DNA of 64,000 nucleotides, taken from positions 7,411,095-7,475,094 of the forward strand of contig MU054391.1 in the NCBI GenBank assembly GCA_013239625.1, given 5' to 3'. This document shows positions 46,841 through 58,559 of this stretch, one piece after another (the first letter of the stretch is position 1; every line of letters begins with the position of its first letter). Under the pieces are notes generated by a model, which saw nothing but the letters and a program-made list of their open reading frames with translations, was not told the DNA's origin and searched no databases. This DNA is from Lama guanicoe (taxonomy: Eukaryota). Position numbers and translations under genes: made by a program.

Positions 46841-47094
46841 TAAAAAGAGGGAATTTAATATATATATTTCAGATTTAGTGTTTGGTGAAGTTAAAAAAAC
46901 AGAAAGCCCTCTCCAAACAGATGAGCCAGGCCCACTGGGAACTCATGAGTCAAACAGTGACCCAGACTTAGGGATGGGAGATCCTCCCTACAAACGTGCA
47001 AGGGAGGGACTCTCCCGAATTACTTTTTGGGTGTGCACTGGTTATACACAGAAAGTCAGAGCTGGAGGGGGCTTAACTCCTCAACTACGGTCCG

Positions 47095-47200
47095 TCTCCT
47101 TTCTTTCTGAGGTGGGAAACCAAGGCCAGGAGGGGCAGTGAGGTTTACCCAAGGCCTCAGAGCGGATTCATGTCAGCGCTGGGTAACACGCTGTCATCTC
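47095..47200 (-). mobile_element. MIR fragment
   Basis: gtgggaaaccaaggccaggaggggcagtgaggtttacccaaggcctcagagc. Confidence 0.6.
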
Positions 47201-47286
47201 TTCAACCACCAGGACATGTCAGGTCCCTTCTGTTTACTTCTCAAGGGATTAAGATAAAGCATCTGCAGGAGTTGAGATACACGGAC

Positions 47287-47680
47287 TGTTAGGAGCTGAA
47301 TTGTGTTCCCCCCCAACATACACATGTTGAAGTCCTAACCCCAGGACCTCAGAATGTGCCTCTATTTGGAGGTAGAGTCTTTGGAGAGGTAATTAAGGTT
47401 AAGTACAGTCATTAGTGTGGGTTCTAATCCAATCAGGCTGGTGTCCTGATAATAAGAAGAGGAGATTAGGACACAGACAGACACAGAGCGGGGACCATGT
47501 GAAGACACATGGAGAAAATGGCCATCCACAAGCCGAGGAGGGAGGCTTCAGAGGGAACCAAGCCCGCTGAGACCTTGATCTTAGAACTTGATCTCCAGAA
47601 CTGTGAAGACAAAACATTTCCGTGGGTTAAGCCACCCAGGCTGTGGCGCTTTGTGAGGGCAGCCCTGGCAAACTAATACA
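47287..47680 (+). mobile_element. MLT1B-like MaLR solo LTR, complete, with 5-bp TSD
   Basis: TG..CA termini (tgttaggagctgaattgtg..ggcaaactaataca); TSD cggac at 47282-47286 and 47681-47685. Confidence 0.93.
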
Positions 47681-47699
47681 CGGACTGTCAAAAGTAGCT

Positions 47700-48900
47700 A
47701 GTATCCATTCATTCACTCCATCTCTTTAATCCCACTTTTACTGAGAACCTACTATGTGCCAGTCACCCTGGCAGTACTATTCTAAGGGCTTGAAACGTAT
47801 CAGCTCACTTAATCCTGAGCACAGCCCTTTGAGGGAGGTATTGTTATACCCATTTTACAGATGACAAAGGGGAAGTCATTAGTCAAGATCACACAGTCAG
47901 AATGTAGCAGAACCATAGACATGTAAACACGGGTGACGCAGCCTCTTAGCATCTATGGTGGGAGGCAGAACTCAGCAGGGAGGTCAGTGGGTAGTTCCTG
48001 CAGCGCAGGAGTGGGGATTGAGGGGAGAGGGACTGACTCTGACAAACGAACAGGAGAGAAAGGATGAAGGGGTGGTGGTGGTATTTCAGCTTCAAGAAAA
48101 GAAGAGGTGAGGTGTGACACAATGTGGCCGTTTGGGAGAACTGTGAATGGTTGTGCTCGGCTGGACCTCAGAATTCACATTAAAGGGAAGATGCTGTGAT
48201 AAACAACACAGGGGCTAGATTATTAGGGCTTTGCATGATGGACTGCTCTGTTTGAAATGATTCTCCAGGCACCTGGGAGACCCTAAGGTGTGTTAAGTAT
48301 GACCTCATGTGGTCATATTTGAGTTTTATAAAAGGGTTAAAGGGATTATGGAAGGGACTGAGATTAGAGGCAAAGAGACCAGTTATCAGGATCGCCATAT
48401 TTGAGGCAGACAAAGGAGAGAGCATAATCTAAAACTGCCCCCAGTTCTCTGGGAAACTTGATGTGGTGGGTGAAGGAGATGCAAGATGGTAGGAGGATTC
48501 GTGGCAAAGGGAAAGGACATGTTGCGGGGTGGGTACCCGGAGAGAATTGTACACCGACTGCTGGCTTTCTGGGACTTGAGTTTGGGAGAAGGGTAGGTCT
48601 GGAGGGTAGATATGAGGGTCATCAGTCTAGAAATGGAGAGTGAAGCTTTGAGAGTGAATGAGATCCCATAAAATACAGAGGGGTACAGCAGACTGGGGGA
48701 AGAAATCAGATGATCACCAGCTTATAAAGGATGCAGAGAAAGAGGAGCCTGAAAGAGAAGTCTGGAAGGAATGGTCAGAGTCAGGAGGAAAACAAGACAT
48801 GGATGGTGTCACCAAAACCAAAGGAGAAGGAACTTGAAGGAAGGAGGACTCACATGTCAACTGCCGCAAAGAAGTCCCTTCCAGTGAGGGCTGGACGGGA
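47700..48900 (-). mobile_element. L2 with nested MIR (about 47775-47915)
   Basis: atccattcattcac..tactgagaacctactatgtgccag; MIR core cccattttacagatga; L2 resumes (gaggcaaagagaccagtt..gagtttgggagaagggtaggtctggag..tggtgtcaccaaaaccaaagg). Confidence 0.75.
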
Positions 48901-50584
48901 GCAGTGGTTCCCTTGGAGAAGATGAAATGAACATGCTGTTTTCATTCGAGGAAGGAGAGTTTTGTCTTTTACCATTAGCAGGATCCTCTGACTGATGTTT
49001 CTAATCCTAATACGACATTTTTCTTTACAAGTGCAAAAAGGGCATTTGATGTTACCAGTGTGGACAGCGACACTGCACATTCAGCGTGTTGACTCTCAGG
49101 TCCCACAGGAGCGCCTGTGCCCGGAATCGTGGGAACATGGGGCACAGATGCCAGCATTTCAGGACAAAAACAATGAATGAAATGAAAGCACTCTGACGTT
49201 TCACTTAACACTAGAGTTTTAAAATTCCCCAAATCTTATTGGAAATCAATAGAATTGCTCCTAGTTAGCTGCAGTAAAGCTCTTCTTTTGAGAATGTACA
49301 TTCACGGTCTTGTAGATCCACCTTCTACTTGTTTAAAAGAGTTATTTTAATTCAAGCGGGGGGTGCTGGACGTCTGTGCCACTCTTTCTGAACGGAACCT
49401 CCCCGTCCCTGTGTGACCCTGAGCTAATGAGTCTGGGGCTGGTGAGTCATTTCCCAGCCTGGACTCGGAGATGCTATCACATTCATCAGGTCCCGCAGTC
49501 ACCTCAGCCCTGCTTGTCCAGCGCCAGAGAAAGGCCATTAGCCCAGCCACGTGCCCCATCACCACTCCACCCCGACCTGTTCTGCTGCTGATTTAGTATT
49601 TGCAGACATGCCGGGCATTTGTTACTGAAATGTATTATTCTCCATGCAAAGACCCTTTGATCAGCGTGACAGGAAACCTAAAGCACCGAGCAGTTACTTC
49701 GTTTAGCAAAGCTGTGACTGGGACGGACTGGAAAGGCTATTTTAGAATGACCCCGATGTCTCTCTTTTTTACAGCAGAGAAATTATGGCCTCATTTGTAA
49801 TGATTCTTTCCAACGTGGAGCTCTGCTGAGAGGTATCCCGTGCATTCTCAGCCAGATTTCTGGTTTCTGGGCTGGGGCTCCGATTCAGGCTATAGGTTGC
49901 ATTTATGGAAGCGTTTTTCACTGAGTGTTGCTGCCTCCGTGTTGATGCCCAGCTGGCAGGAGCAGCGGCCATAGACAGTGCGGGAAATTGCACGCCTCTC
50001 CCCATCACTTAGACGAATGGTAGGTGAGTGTCTCAGACAGCCGAGGAGACAGGTCTCTCTGATGACCACACAGGCCCCAGTCGCACCTCCCCTGGGGCCC
50101 GAGCAGAATTATTTAGCTGTTGAAAGGAAGAGTGTTTTCTTTTCCTTGGCTCCACGGGGTCCAGAGCCGCGTGGGAGGGAGTCTGAGCTGTTGTCTACAC
50201 TGGGCTGCTGTCTGCTGTTCACTGGCTTTAATTGTGCTCAGTGGGCTGCAGACTAGGCTGCAAATGAAAAAAACAAGGCTGGAGTCGTGAGTTATTTGGA
50301 GAGTTGGACTGACCCGGTTGGAAGCTCTGTCCTGTGTTCTGCTGTTCTGTCTGATCCACAGTATTGTCATTGACATACCTTGGACTTGATGATACTATGG
50401 TGATAACAGGCCATGGGCCTTTTGGTCATTCCTTCTGTGTTGTGGTTGGTTGGTTGTGGTTAATCTCCTTTCTTGCCCTGCCCCTTCTCCTGAGAAAGGT
50501 AAGTAATGATCCTATGTGTGTCCTTAAACTTTCCAGGTGAGGACTTCACAAGTTGTGTAAGATTCTGGAGACTGAAATTGGTGG

Positions 50585-50790
50585 GAAGCATCTGGAATTT
50601 GAAACTGTGTCTAGGCCTGGTTTCCAAATGTGACTTGGCCACGTACGAGCTGTGTGGATTTAGGCAAGACTCTTAAATCCATGGAGCATCTGTTTCCTCA
50701 TCCATGAAATGGGGATAACGGAGATCTACCTAGTGAGATCAAATGTATCAAGAGCCTAGCACAGTGCCTGGGGCTTGGTAGATAATTCCG
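50585..50790 (+). mobile_element. MIR SINE
   Basis: agctgtgtggatttaggcaagac..ctgtttcctcatccatgaaatggggataac..cctagcacagtgcctgg. Confidence 0.85.
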
Positions 50791-50994
50791 TCCTGCGAGG
50801 ACCTACTCAGAGCTCTAGGGCAGAATGAGAGGGTACCCCCTCCCCACCACCACCAAGCCCCTGGAAAATCTCCCTCTGTGTCAGGAGGGGCTGCGGTCCT
50901 CCAGAGGAGGTCAGGCAACAGGGACTGGCTTTCCATTCAATTCAGTCTAGAAACAGGAGCTAGATTAATAAAAAAAAAAAAGAAGCAAGGAACA

Positions 50995-51220
50995 CAGGGG
51001 TACCTACAGTGTGCTCTTCTCAGAACTTACGTGTATCAAGTCGTATAACATTCACAGCAATCTTACGAGGCTGGTCCTATTATCAGCCTTCTTTTACACT
51101 TGAGGGACTGAGTCTTCACGCTGAAACAACTAGCTAAAGGTCACGTAATTCTCAAGCGGTGGAATTAAGCGTCAAGTTCAGGTAGGTTGGCTACAGACAC
51201 CAAGCTCATCACCACCACAC
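50995..51220 (-). mobile_element. MIR SINE
   Basis: tcacagcaatcttacgagg..ttttacacttgagggactgag..aaggtcacgtaa. Confidence 0.75.
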
Positions 51221-51901
51221 AAACTACTCCTCCTAACAGCATCTCCAAACAACCTCAGAGTCTAGTTTTTATTGTGTAATGTCATACATTCCAGGGTGAG
51301 AACACGTGACCCATAGCAGATCTTCACCCTTCAGCCAGCTACTCAGGATGTATATAAAGCCCCCCACCAAAATCACTTTTTGCAGCACATGCCCAGGGTC
51401 TGCACTACAGTGTGGCTAAAGCCATGGGCTGCAGATGGTCCCGGATCCTGCCTGCACTTCGACTTGGCTGCAAGCTCTGGTTATGAAGCCTGCATCCTAA
51501 AAAGTGAGAGGATGGCATAGCCTGGGGTTGACAAATTCTAATTTTTTTTTCAGTGCTATGTAAAGTTTTCACCTTCAAATCTTCACAAAGAGCTGTAATT
51601 TTAAGATCATCAAAGAGAAAAAAAAGAAAGAAAATGAGCTACACCTGCAAACATCTAATTGCTCATGCAAATTAAGAGGTGTGAAATGACTTGTTCTTCT
51701 GTCTAGTGCCCATTTTCCTAAGTATATATTTAAGAAATGTAGTTGAAAGCCCTCCATGGAGAGATTCTCATCTAATTTTATGAGCCAAAGGGGAACTAAG
51801 GGCGTTTTTCTCAGAAATTATCTGGTTTCTTGCTTCCAGCTTCTGCCAGACCCCAACTTCTGTAATGCCAGGTCCTGATGGCTTTAGGTGTGTGCTGGGA
51901 G

Positions 51902-51903
<2 letters not shown>

Positions 51904-51947
<44 letters not shown>
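51904..51947. repeat. (TG)22 microsatellite
   Basis: Direct reading. Confidence 0.95.
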
Positions 51948-51952
<5 letters not shown>

Positions 51953-52175
51953 TTTAAAGAGTACTCACAAGAATCAGTATGGAGATATCCTAGTTGCTGG
52001 TGTGACTTTGACCTTAAACCCTACCTGGCCCTAGTCAATGGGCTTCTCCCTTGATGTACCCAGGCTGGTCCAGCTCCCAGTCTCAGAGGCTCGGCCTTCA
52101 TAGCCTACAAGACATAGGAAGGAAAAGTGCGTCCTGCTCTTTCAACAGAAGGATGATGCACTCACAGGCCAAGGA

Positions 52176-52516
52176 CAGGATCACAGTTCCTTTATCCACA
52201 CTTTCAGAATACAAGCAGCTCTGAAAACTGAAAGCTTTTGGGTAACCCTTACCTGACCTGGACATTTGGCAGCAAAACCTGATGTGAACTGTAACGACCT
52301 ACAGTGCTTAGTCCTCCTGTTTGGTAACAGTATTCAGCTAGATTTTGCTGCGTAAGTATGAGCATATTTGACTGAAGGTTGCTGCCGCAGAGCCCCCTGG
52401 GGCTGCCACTTAATAGTTTGCATATGCACCATATTAATTTTTTTTAGATCTATGAATATTCTGGATTTCATAATACATCTGGCCCCAAGTATTTTGGATA
52501 GGGATTAAGGACCTGT
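52176..52516. mobile_element. MER46C-like TcMar-Tigger MITE
   Basis: TIR-like ends cagttcctttatcc.. / ..tttggatagggattaaggacctg; internal catttggcagcaaaacctga and acatctggccccaag. Confidence 0.75.
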
Positions 52517-52517
52517 G

Positions 52518-52680
52518 ATCTCACTTAATCCTTGCCAGTCACTTGTGCAATAATGATTATGTCCATATTAAGATGAGAAAACTGGCCACAGAAAGGCTGG
52601 TGAATTTGTCCAGAGTCATAAAACCATCAGGAGGAAGGTCTGGGATTAAATACATGCTTTTCAGATTCCCGAATACACGC
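52518..52680 (-). mobile_element. MIR fragment
   Basis: atctcacttaatcct..ccatattaagatgagaaaactggccacagaaagg..ttgtccagagtca. Confidence 0.7.
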
Positions 52681-52797
52681 CCTTCCCAGTCCTTCCCATG
52701 GTCTTCCAGCTTCTTTAGGGAGGTAAATTATGTGTCTAAGTGACGTGGGCCAGGTGGAAACAGGACCATGAGCAGGAACACGAGCAGTGCTCTAGAA

Positions 52798-52967
52798 ACT
52801 GGCTACTCAGAGTGGGATCCCTGGACCAGCAGCATTGGCATTGTCCGAGGGCTTGTTGGAAACGGTGACTCTTGGAGCCCACCCATGATCTATTGAATCA
52901 GAGTCCGCGTTTTATCAAGAACCACCCCCACCAGGTGTCTCTGCACATTAAACTATGAAGAGCCCTG
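52798..52967. mobile_element. MER5A1-like DNA transposon
   Basis: gctactcagagtgggatccctggaccagcagcattggcat..tgaatcagagtccgcgtttt..tgcacattaaactatgaagagccctg. Confidence 0.8.
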
Positions 52968-53294
52968 GGCTAGATGTTTGGGGGTGGGGGGAAAGACCAC
53001 ATGCCACACGTAAGAGGTCTCAGAACTGTGATCTTTTGCTGGGATCACAGAAACCACTGCGGAGAGGCAGGTGAGGAGGGAGAGAAATGCGATGATTTTC
53101 GGTCCCGCAGTGGATGCCAAGGGGCAAGGTGTGCCCGTGATGAGATAGCTGTGCGCTTGTTCTGCTGGCCTATTGGTTTATTTCCCAAGTGGGGCTATTT
53201 CACTACTGATCAAAGCAAATCCTGCAACTGCACGTTTATCTCTGGAAACACTCAGGAAACTGGCCTATCCAAGAGAAGGATCACACTCACCTAA

Positions 53295-53745
53295 ATCATA
53301 ATTATTAATTACCTGTTCACCAATGATGTGGTCCCCGAGCAGGGTGGACAAAACAAAGATTCCCAGGCACCTGTGATTACAGGGAGCATGCATTTTGGCA
53401 GAGAGACCAGAAACTTTGAAGCAGTTTATGTGGCATGTTAGGAGTGTTCAGTGTCACTTTCTACGTAAGTTCTATGACAGAAAACAGAAGTAGATCTGGG
53501 TAAGGAAGAGCAGGAATGGGAAAGATAGGGATGGAGTGGGGCAGGTGTGGTACTGAATAGTGGGGTCCGGGTGCACCTGGTGCGGAAGGTGTGATTTAAA
53601 CAGTCTTGGAGGTGAAGGAATTAGTGAGTGGAACCTGGGGGAAAGCATCCCCAACAGAAGAAACAGCAGAGCAAAGGCCCTGGGGCAGGAGGAGGCCTGT
53701 TTTGTTTGACAGCAGGCACTCAAGTGACGACAGTGGGAGGGAATC
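53295..53745 (-). mobile_element. L2 3' portion
   Basis: acaaaacaaagattccc..ggaggtgaaggaattag..gggaaagcatccccaacagaagaaacagcagagcaaaggccctgggg. Confidence 0.8.
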
Positions 53746-54349
53746 ATCCAAAACCCAGCACCACGCTCTCTGGCTCCCTCCTTTGCCTGGATCTTTCATA
53801 AATGCTGGGGCTCACGGAATCCAGAGAGCATTTCCCCAGTGGGCAGAGGACTGTCTTCCTCAGGGCCCTCCTGCCCTCTGCCGTGGGAGGACACCATCCA
53901 GTACGGTGCAGGTGGACTTGCTGGCCCACACGCGGCCGTGTCTCTCTCACCCAGCTTCCTATTTAAGCCAAACAATCCCTGTGTCTTTAAACCAAGCCTG
54001 ACCTCTCCAGGAGCCTCCCAAGGCCTAGCCGGAGAGGATGTGGAGCAGTGGCCCCAGTGGAACTGAGGGTCACGTTGCCCTTGGCTCTGGTCTTTACATA
54101 GCGTCACGGCCGCAGACACATTCCAGTTCGGCATCGTGAGCAGCTGCCTGCTTTCCCTGGGAGATCAAGGTGGGATGCCTTTCGCATCTCACTGACGGTT
54201 TACCTTACTTCACGGGCTCACGCTCATCTCTCCTACTAAAATAAAATAAAGCAATCTGTGAAATAAAACAGAAGACATGTCGCTGGTGGCTGGCCTCATC
54301 TTATTTTAAGTTGTAGCCTTTCTTTCCCTAGAAGAGGGCTGTAGAGACC

Positions 54350-54510
54350 AGGGTCCCACAGAGGTCATCCACTCGAACACCGCCGTCTTCAGGATGATGA
54401 CCGGGAGGCACAGAGAGGTCGTCTGGCATGCCCACGGTCACTCAGCTAGGGGCCGAGCTGGGACCAGCACCCCAGCCTCCTGCCTCCAGTCCAGAACTTG
54501 TTTCACAGTA
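54350..54510 (-). mobile_element. MIR fragment
   Basis: gaggtcatcc..gaggcacagagagg..tgcccacggtcactcagcta..cctgcctccagtccag. Confidence 0.7.
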
Positions 54511-54627
54511 TTGCAACTCCAAGACTCACTTTCTTTTTCAACAATTTTACTTTTTTTTGCTGTTTTTCCTCCTATCCATTAGATGTAGTTTTTCTCCTCC
54601 AGTTTTCCCATTAACTTAGGGGACAGC

Positions 54628-54800
54628 TAGTTCATTCGGCATTCAAACTAAGTCTCACATTTTCAGCTTTATATGGGGCCCTGTGCAAGAGCTTGGGGAA
54701 AATGAAGGGTGAATAAGAAAGAAGTCTCACTCCTCAAGATACAAATTCTAGAAGGAGAGACAGTCATTAAAAATACACATAAACAGAACACACGGTCCTA
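54628..54800 (-). mobile_element. L2 3' end
   Basis: ttcattcggcattc..ggccctgtgcaagagcttgggg..gaataaga..tcctcaaga..tctagaaggagagacag. Confidence 0.6.
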
Positions 54801-55554
54801 AAAAGAAGGCAAGGAAGTTCCTAGGCTGCTGAGTGCAAGGGCAGGGAAGTTTTGCCGAAAGAGAAGGGGTGAAGTGAGCCGGCCAAGTAGAGTTTTCATC
54901 TGCTGGTTCCATTTACGAGGAAAACGATCTGTTTGGAAACTCACCTTGTCATTAAGAATTATCAGCACTCAGGGTTTCCGTGTTGGTGGGAAAGGCTCTG
55001 GCTGTCATTGGGATGGAGTGTGGATATTTTAAAATGACAGCTCGAAGAAAGCCTTTCTGTTCCGCACACAATCACCATTTTGGGGTCTGAAAGAGAGTCC
55101 CAGGTTGCCTGTAAGTCGATCTTTTGCCTTGAAGTCACTCTTCATAAATTCTCCCGGAGTCCGGGGTCTCGTCTTTTAAATATATGAAGTGTCAATCAAG
55201 GCAGCACAGACAACACTCTTTGATTGTATAACGTGGGACAGAACAGAAAGTTCCATGTAGAAAATGTGTCCAATGGAATATTCATGCTTCATGGAGCATT
55301 ATAACACATATGGCCCTGAACTGAAAAATAAATATAATGTTCCTAGGTTGAAATAAGTACCATTCCCTCTGTGTTCCCACAGTACTTGTGCATGGCTCTA
55401 TTACTCAGTGGTAGTTTGCCCAGCGTGTATCCAGCCCGTCCTGTGGTACCAGGTGATGCAGCAGTATTGAGAGAATAGAGAGTTGATGAGAACTTGACAC
55501 TGTCTTCTCATTAGTACTGAACACAACACTGTAATATTGTGATATTATAGTGCA

Positions 55555-56110
55555 CTGTGGGAAATGCTACAAACTCTAAAATCTAAGTGGCTAAACACAA
55601 TAGAGGTTCATTTCTTGCACACGTGAAGTCTAAAATGTGCTTTCCAAAAAAGTTCCTTTTGTATAGCACAGGGAACTCTGTTCGATATCTTGTACTAACT
55701 TGAATGGAAAAGATACGATAACGAATATATGTATGTATATGCGTAACTGGGACATTGTGCTGTACACCAGAAATCGACACATTGTAATTGACTGTACTTC
55801 AGTTAAAAAAAATTAAATGTGCATTTCTAATCAGTAAGGAGTAGGCTCTCTTCTAAGCAGTCATTGGGAGATGCGGGTGCTTTCCATCTTGTGGCTCCGC
55901 CAGCTTCAACATCTGGCTTCCAAGTGAGGAGAGGCTGCATCTGCCTCTGAGTTACCTTGGCGTGGAGGTGTCCAATTCATCTCTGTCGAATCCGCTGATG
56001 ACTTGTAATACGAGAGAAGCTGCAAGATCAAGTCTCTGGGTGGGCAGCCACTTTCTAGCAACTACTCGACACCATGAAAAGGGAACAAAAATTTTCAGTA
56101 GACACCTAAC
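55555..56110 (-). mobile_element. MLT1-type LTR split by L1
   Basis: aaaatctaagtggctaaacacaatagaggttcatttcttgc.. resumes after the L1 as ctttccatcttgtggctccgcc..tggcttccaag. Confidence 0.7.
55646..55814 (+). mobile_element. 5'-truncated L1 3' end with TSD
   Basis: tgtatagcacagggaact..tgctgtacaccagaaatcgacacattgtaattgactgtacttcagttaaaaaaaa; TSD aaatgtgc at 55633-55640 and 55815-55822. Confidence 0.92.
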
Positions 56111-56114
56111 ACCC

Positions 56115-56560
56115 ACGCTGCAGTCCTAGAATCCCTGATTTTGGTTTGAGTAGACATTGCAGTTCCCAGCCTCTTGTGAGGCTGGGTAGAGTCATGTGAC
56201 CAAGTCCCAGCCAATGGGATATATGTGGTCATTACATCATGGCCACCTCCAAGAAACTGCTTAAGATCAACTGTGTGCTTTTTTTTTTTTTTTTCCGTTT
56301 TCTTCCTTATCCATACCTTTATTCTGTTGTAAGTGGCAGCTGGAGTCCCAGCCACCATCTAGGGCCCTGAGGATGAGGACCGTGCCCATGGGAGGCAGAG
56401 CAGACAGCTCACAAATGCCTGGGACTCTGAAAGATGAGATGAATGACCTGGACTACTTCTGTTAGATTTAATGTGAGGAAGAGATAGACATCAATCATTT
56501 CACAACTTTTGATACTATAGGATTTGTTAATTATGACTGAACAAATCTTAGGTGATACGT
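56115..56560 (+). mobile_element. MLT1J-like LTR
   Basis: ttcccagcctctt..catgtgaccaagtcccagccaatggga..gctggagtcccagccaccatct..gcctgggactctga. Confidence 0.75.
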
Positions 56561-56659
56561 AAGCAGAGGGAGACACTCATACAAGACCTTGATCTGTATA
56601 AGGGTTCTGAAAAAGCTGCGATTCTGCTGTAGCTGTGGTCTAAGGCTCATGGCCTGGGA

Positions 56660-56847
56660 CAGGGAAAGGCAGACATTTTCCAGAAAGGCCCGGAGAGTTA
56701 ATATGTTAGTCTTTGCAGCTCACATGATTTCTGTTGCAGTTTCTTAACTCCACTGTTGTTCAGCCCTAGAAGATGGTGCAAAGGAATGGGAAGAGCTGTA
56801 TTCCAATAAAATTTTATTTCTAAAAACAAGTGGTGAGCCAGATGTGA
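56660..56847. mobile_element. MER58A-like hAT-Charlie MITE
   Basis: cagggaaaggcagacattttc..aaaggcccggagagttaatatgttag..gctgtattccaataaaattttattt..aaacaagtggtgagccagat. Confidence 0.8.
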
Positions 56848-57394
56848 TCAGCTTAGAGAATGATCACACTGTATTATTTTATCATTGATCATTTATTTAT
56901 AATGATCTCACTATTTTTGGTCTTTATTTTTAGCTGTATGTCCAGGTATGTATCGTAGTGTCGAGAATGGAGAATAGGTTTAATTGATGCCTGCGTAACG
57001 ATCAGGTGAAGGGCGAGCCCAGTCCTCATCTAGGCTTCTTTAGACCTACTCTGGGTGCCGAGGGGATAAGCATCCAGCTCGCTCCTGCCCACAGCTGCCA
57101 TTTTTGACCTCGAATAGAGGCTTTCAATGTCTTAGCTGAAAGAAGAGACTAGCAGTGGAATATTTTTAGAAGTTTGACACTCGATAAAAATGGAAAGTCT
57201 TAATCATTTGGTACCTGAGCTTTCTGCCATTTTCTCTGTGAATGGAACTGAATCTGATTTGAGAGCAGTCTCCTTCTCAAAGAGTAAGGAGGGCATTACA
57301 GCATGGGGTGTCTGCTTACGATGAAAAGTACTCTGAAATGGGGGACAGAAGTTCTCTGTTAGTTTTTTATTTTGTTGGAACCAAGTGTGTGGGG

Positions 57395-57525
57395 AAACCA
57401 ATGAATCTAAGTCTTAAGTTCCTCATCTTTAAAATGGCCACAGAGCTCTTTACTTCGAAGTAGATTGGTAGCATCTCAGGGGGCTGATTGTATGAGCTGT
57501 AGGAAGATGTTTGCAAGGGCTGGTG
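57395..57525 (+). mobile_element. MIR core fragment
   Basis: aagttcctcatctttaaaatgg..atctcagggggctgattgtatgag. Confidence 0.55.
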
Positions 57526-58522
57526 CATCTTAGGTCATGTCCAGTTGCCCTGCAGTCGATATATAAGAAAACACAGAAGAAAGACACACTCTAAAAGGTG
57601 GAGCGGGCACACTGTCCCGTGAAATCACATTAAGCCTTATGCATAATACAATTCAAATCACTGATCCACAGTTGGGAATCGTGCAGTCAGGAAGCAATAA
57701 CATCAGGAATTCCAATTCCAACAAAATTGTATCAGAGTGGCTCAAAAAGGAGGATTTCTCAAGTGGATCTAGGATGCCTCATACTGGGAGTTGGAGGAAA
57801 CTTTTGGGACACTGGCAACAGCAGAAAACCTGCAGGTGTTTTCCATGGACGTGGTATATAGTCAACAGCTGAGTGAACCAAATAATTCAGGAAATGCTCA
57901 GACATATAGGGAAATTGTTAAATGGAGAAAAATCTTTTTTTTTTCCTGACACTTTCCCTCTTGTCTAAATCAATTATGAACATTCATCTAACCTGCAGAT
58001 GTAGGTCATAGAAACTTACATAATCAGCAGTCTGAGACGGCCCCGGAAACAGAACTATTAATGAAGCTTTTATCCTTAATTGTTATGCTTCCTTTTTTTC
58101 CCTTCTAAGCTTTTACTGGGAGAATTTCCCCAAAGCTATAATTACACTGAATAATGACAGAACTTACTTAATGAAGCAGAGAGCAGAAACTTTTTGAGAT
58201 AGCAAAATTTGCAACTGATTAAATATTAATGAAAAATTGTCTCTCTCAAAATCCTTTTTTTTTCACATTCATTTCATCTCATACTTGCATTTAATCTACA
58301 GAAAGTTCAATCATCGTGTATTAGAGTTAGGGAAATGAAGAAAGTATGAATAATTTCATGATTTTCCCAAGAGCAGTTTTTCTGTACCAATTAAGAATCT
58401 GAATGAAAAAGATGTTAAAATCACCATAAAGAACCACGCATTTCTAGATTGTTAAAATCAATGCTATCAAATGAGCATCCCAGTGAAGATGACAACCTTT
58501 ACTCCTATGCCTTTCAAGTTGT

Positions 58523-58524
<2 letters not shown>

Positions 58525-58556
<32 letters not shown>
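58525..58556. repeat. (AT)16 microsatellite
   Basis: Direct reading. Confidence 0.95.

Positions 58557-58559
<3 letters not shown>

Noticed and set aside
49292..49303. Perfect 12-bp palindrome GAATGTACATTC
   Set aside because: Palindromes of this length are expected by chance in 64 kb.
55527..55552. AT-rich imperfect hairpin
   Set aside because: Too short and AT-rich for a pre-miRNA; compatible with chance.
56934..56945. Possible 12-nt frame-preserving microexon (tttAG|CTGTATGTCCAG|GTATGT)
   Set aside because: Context resembles a decayed L2 3' end and lacks the upstream UGC typical of neural microexons.
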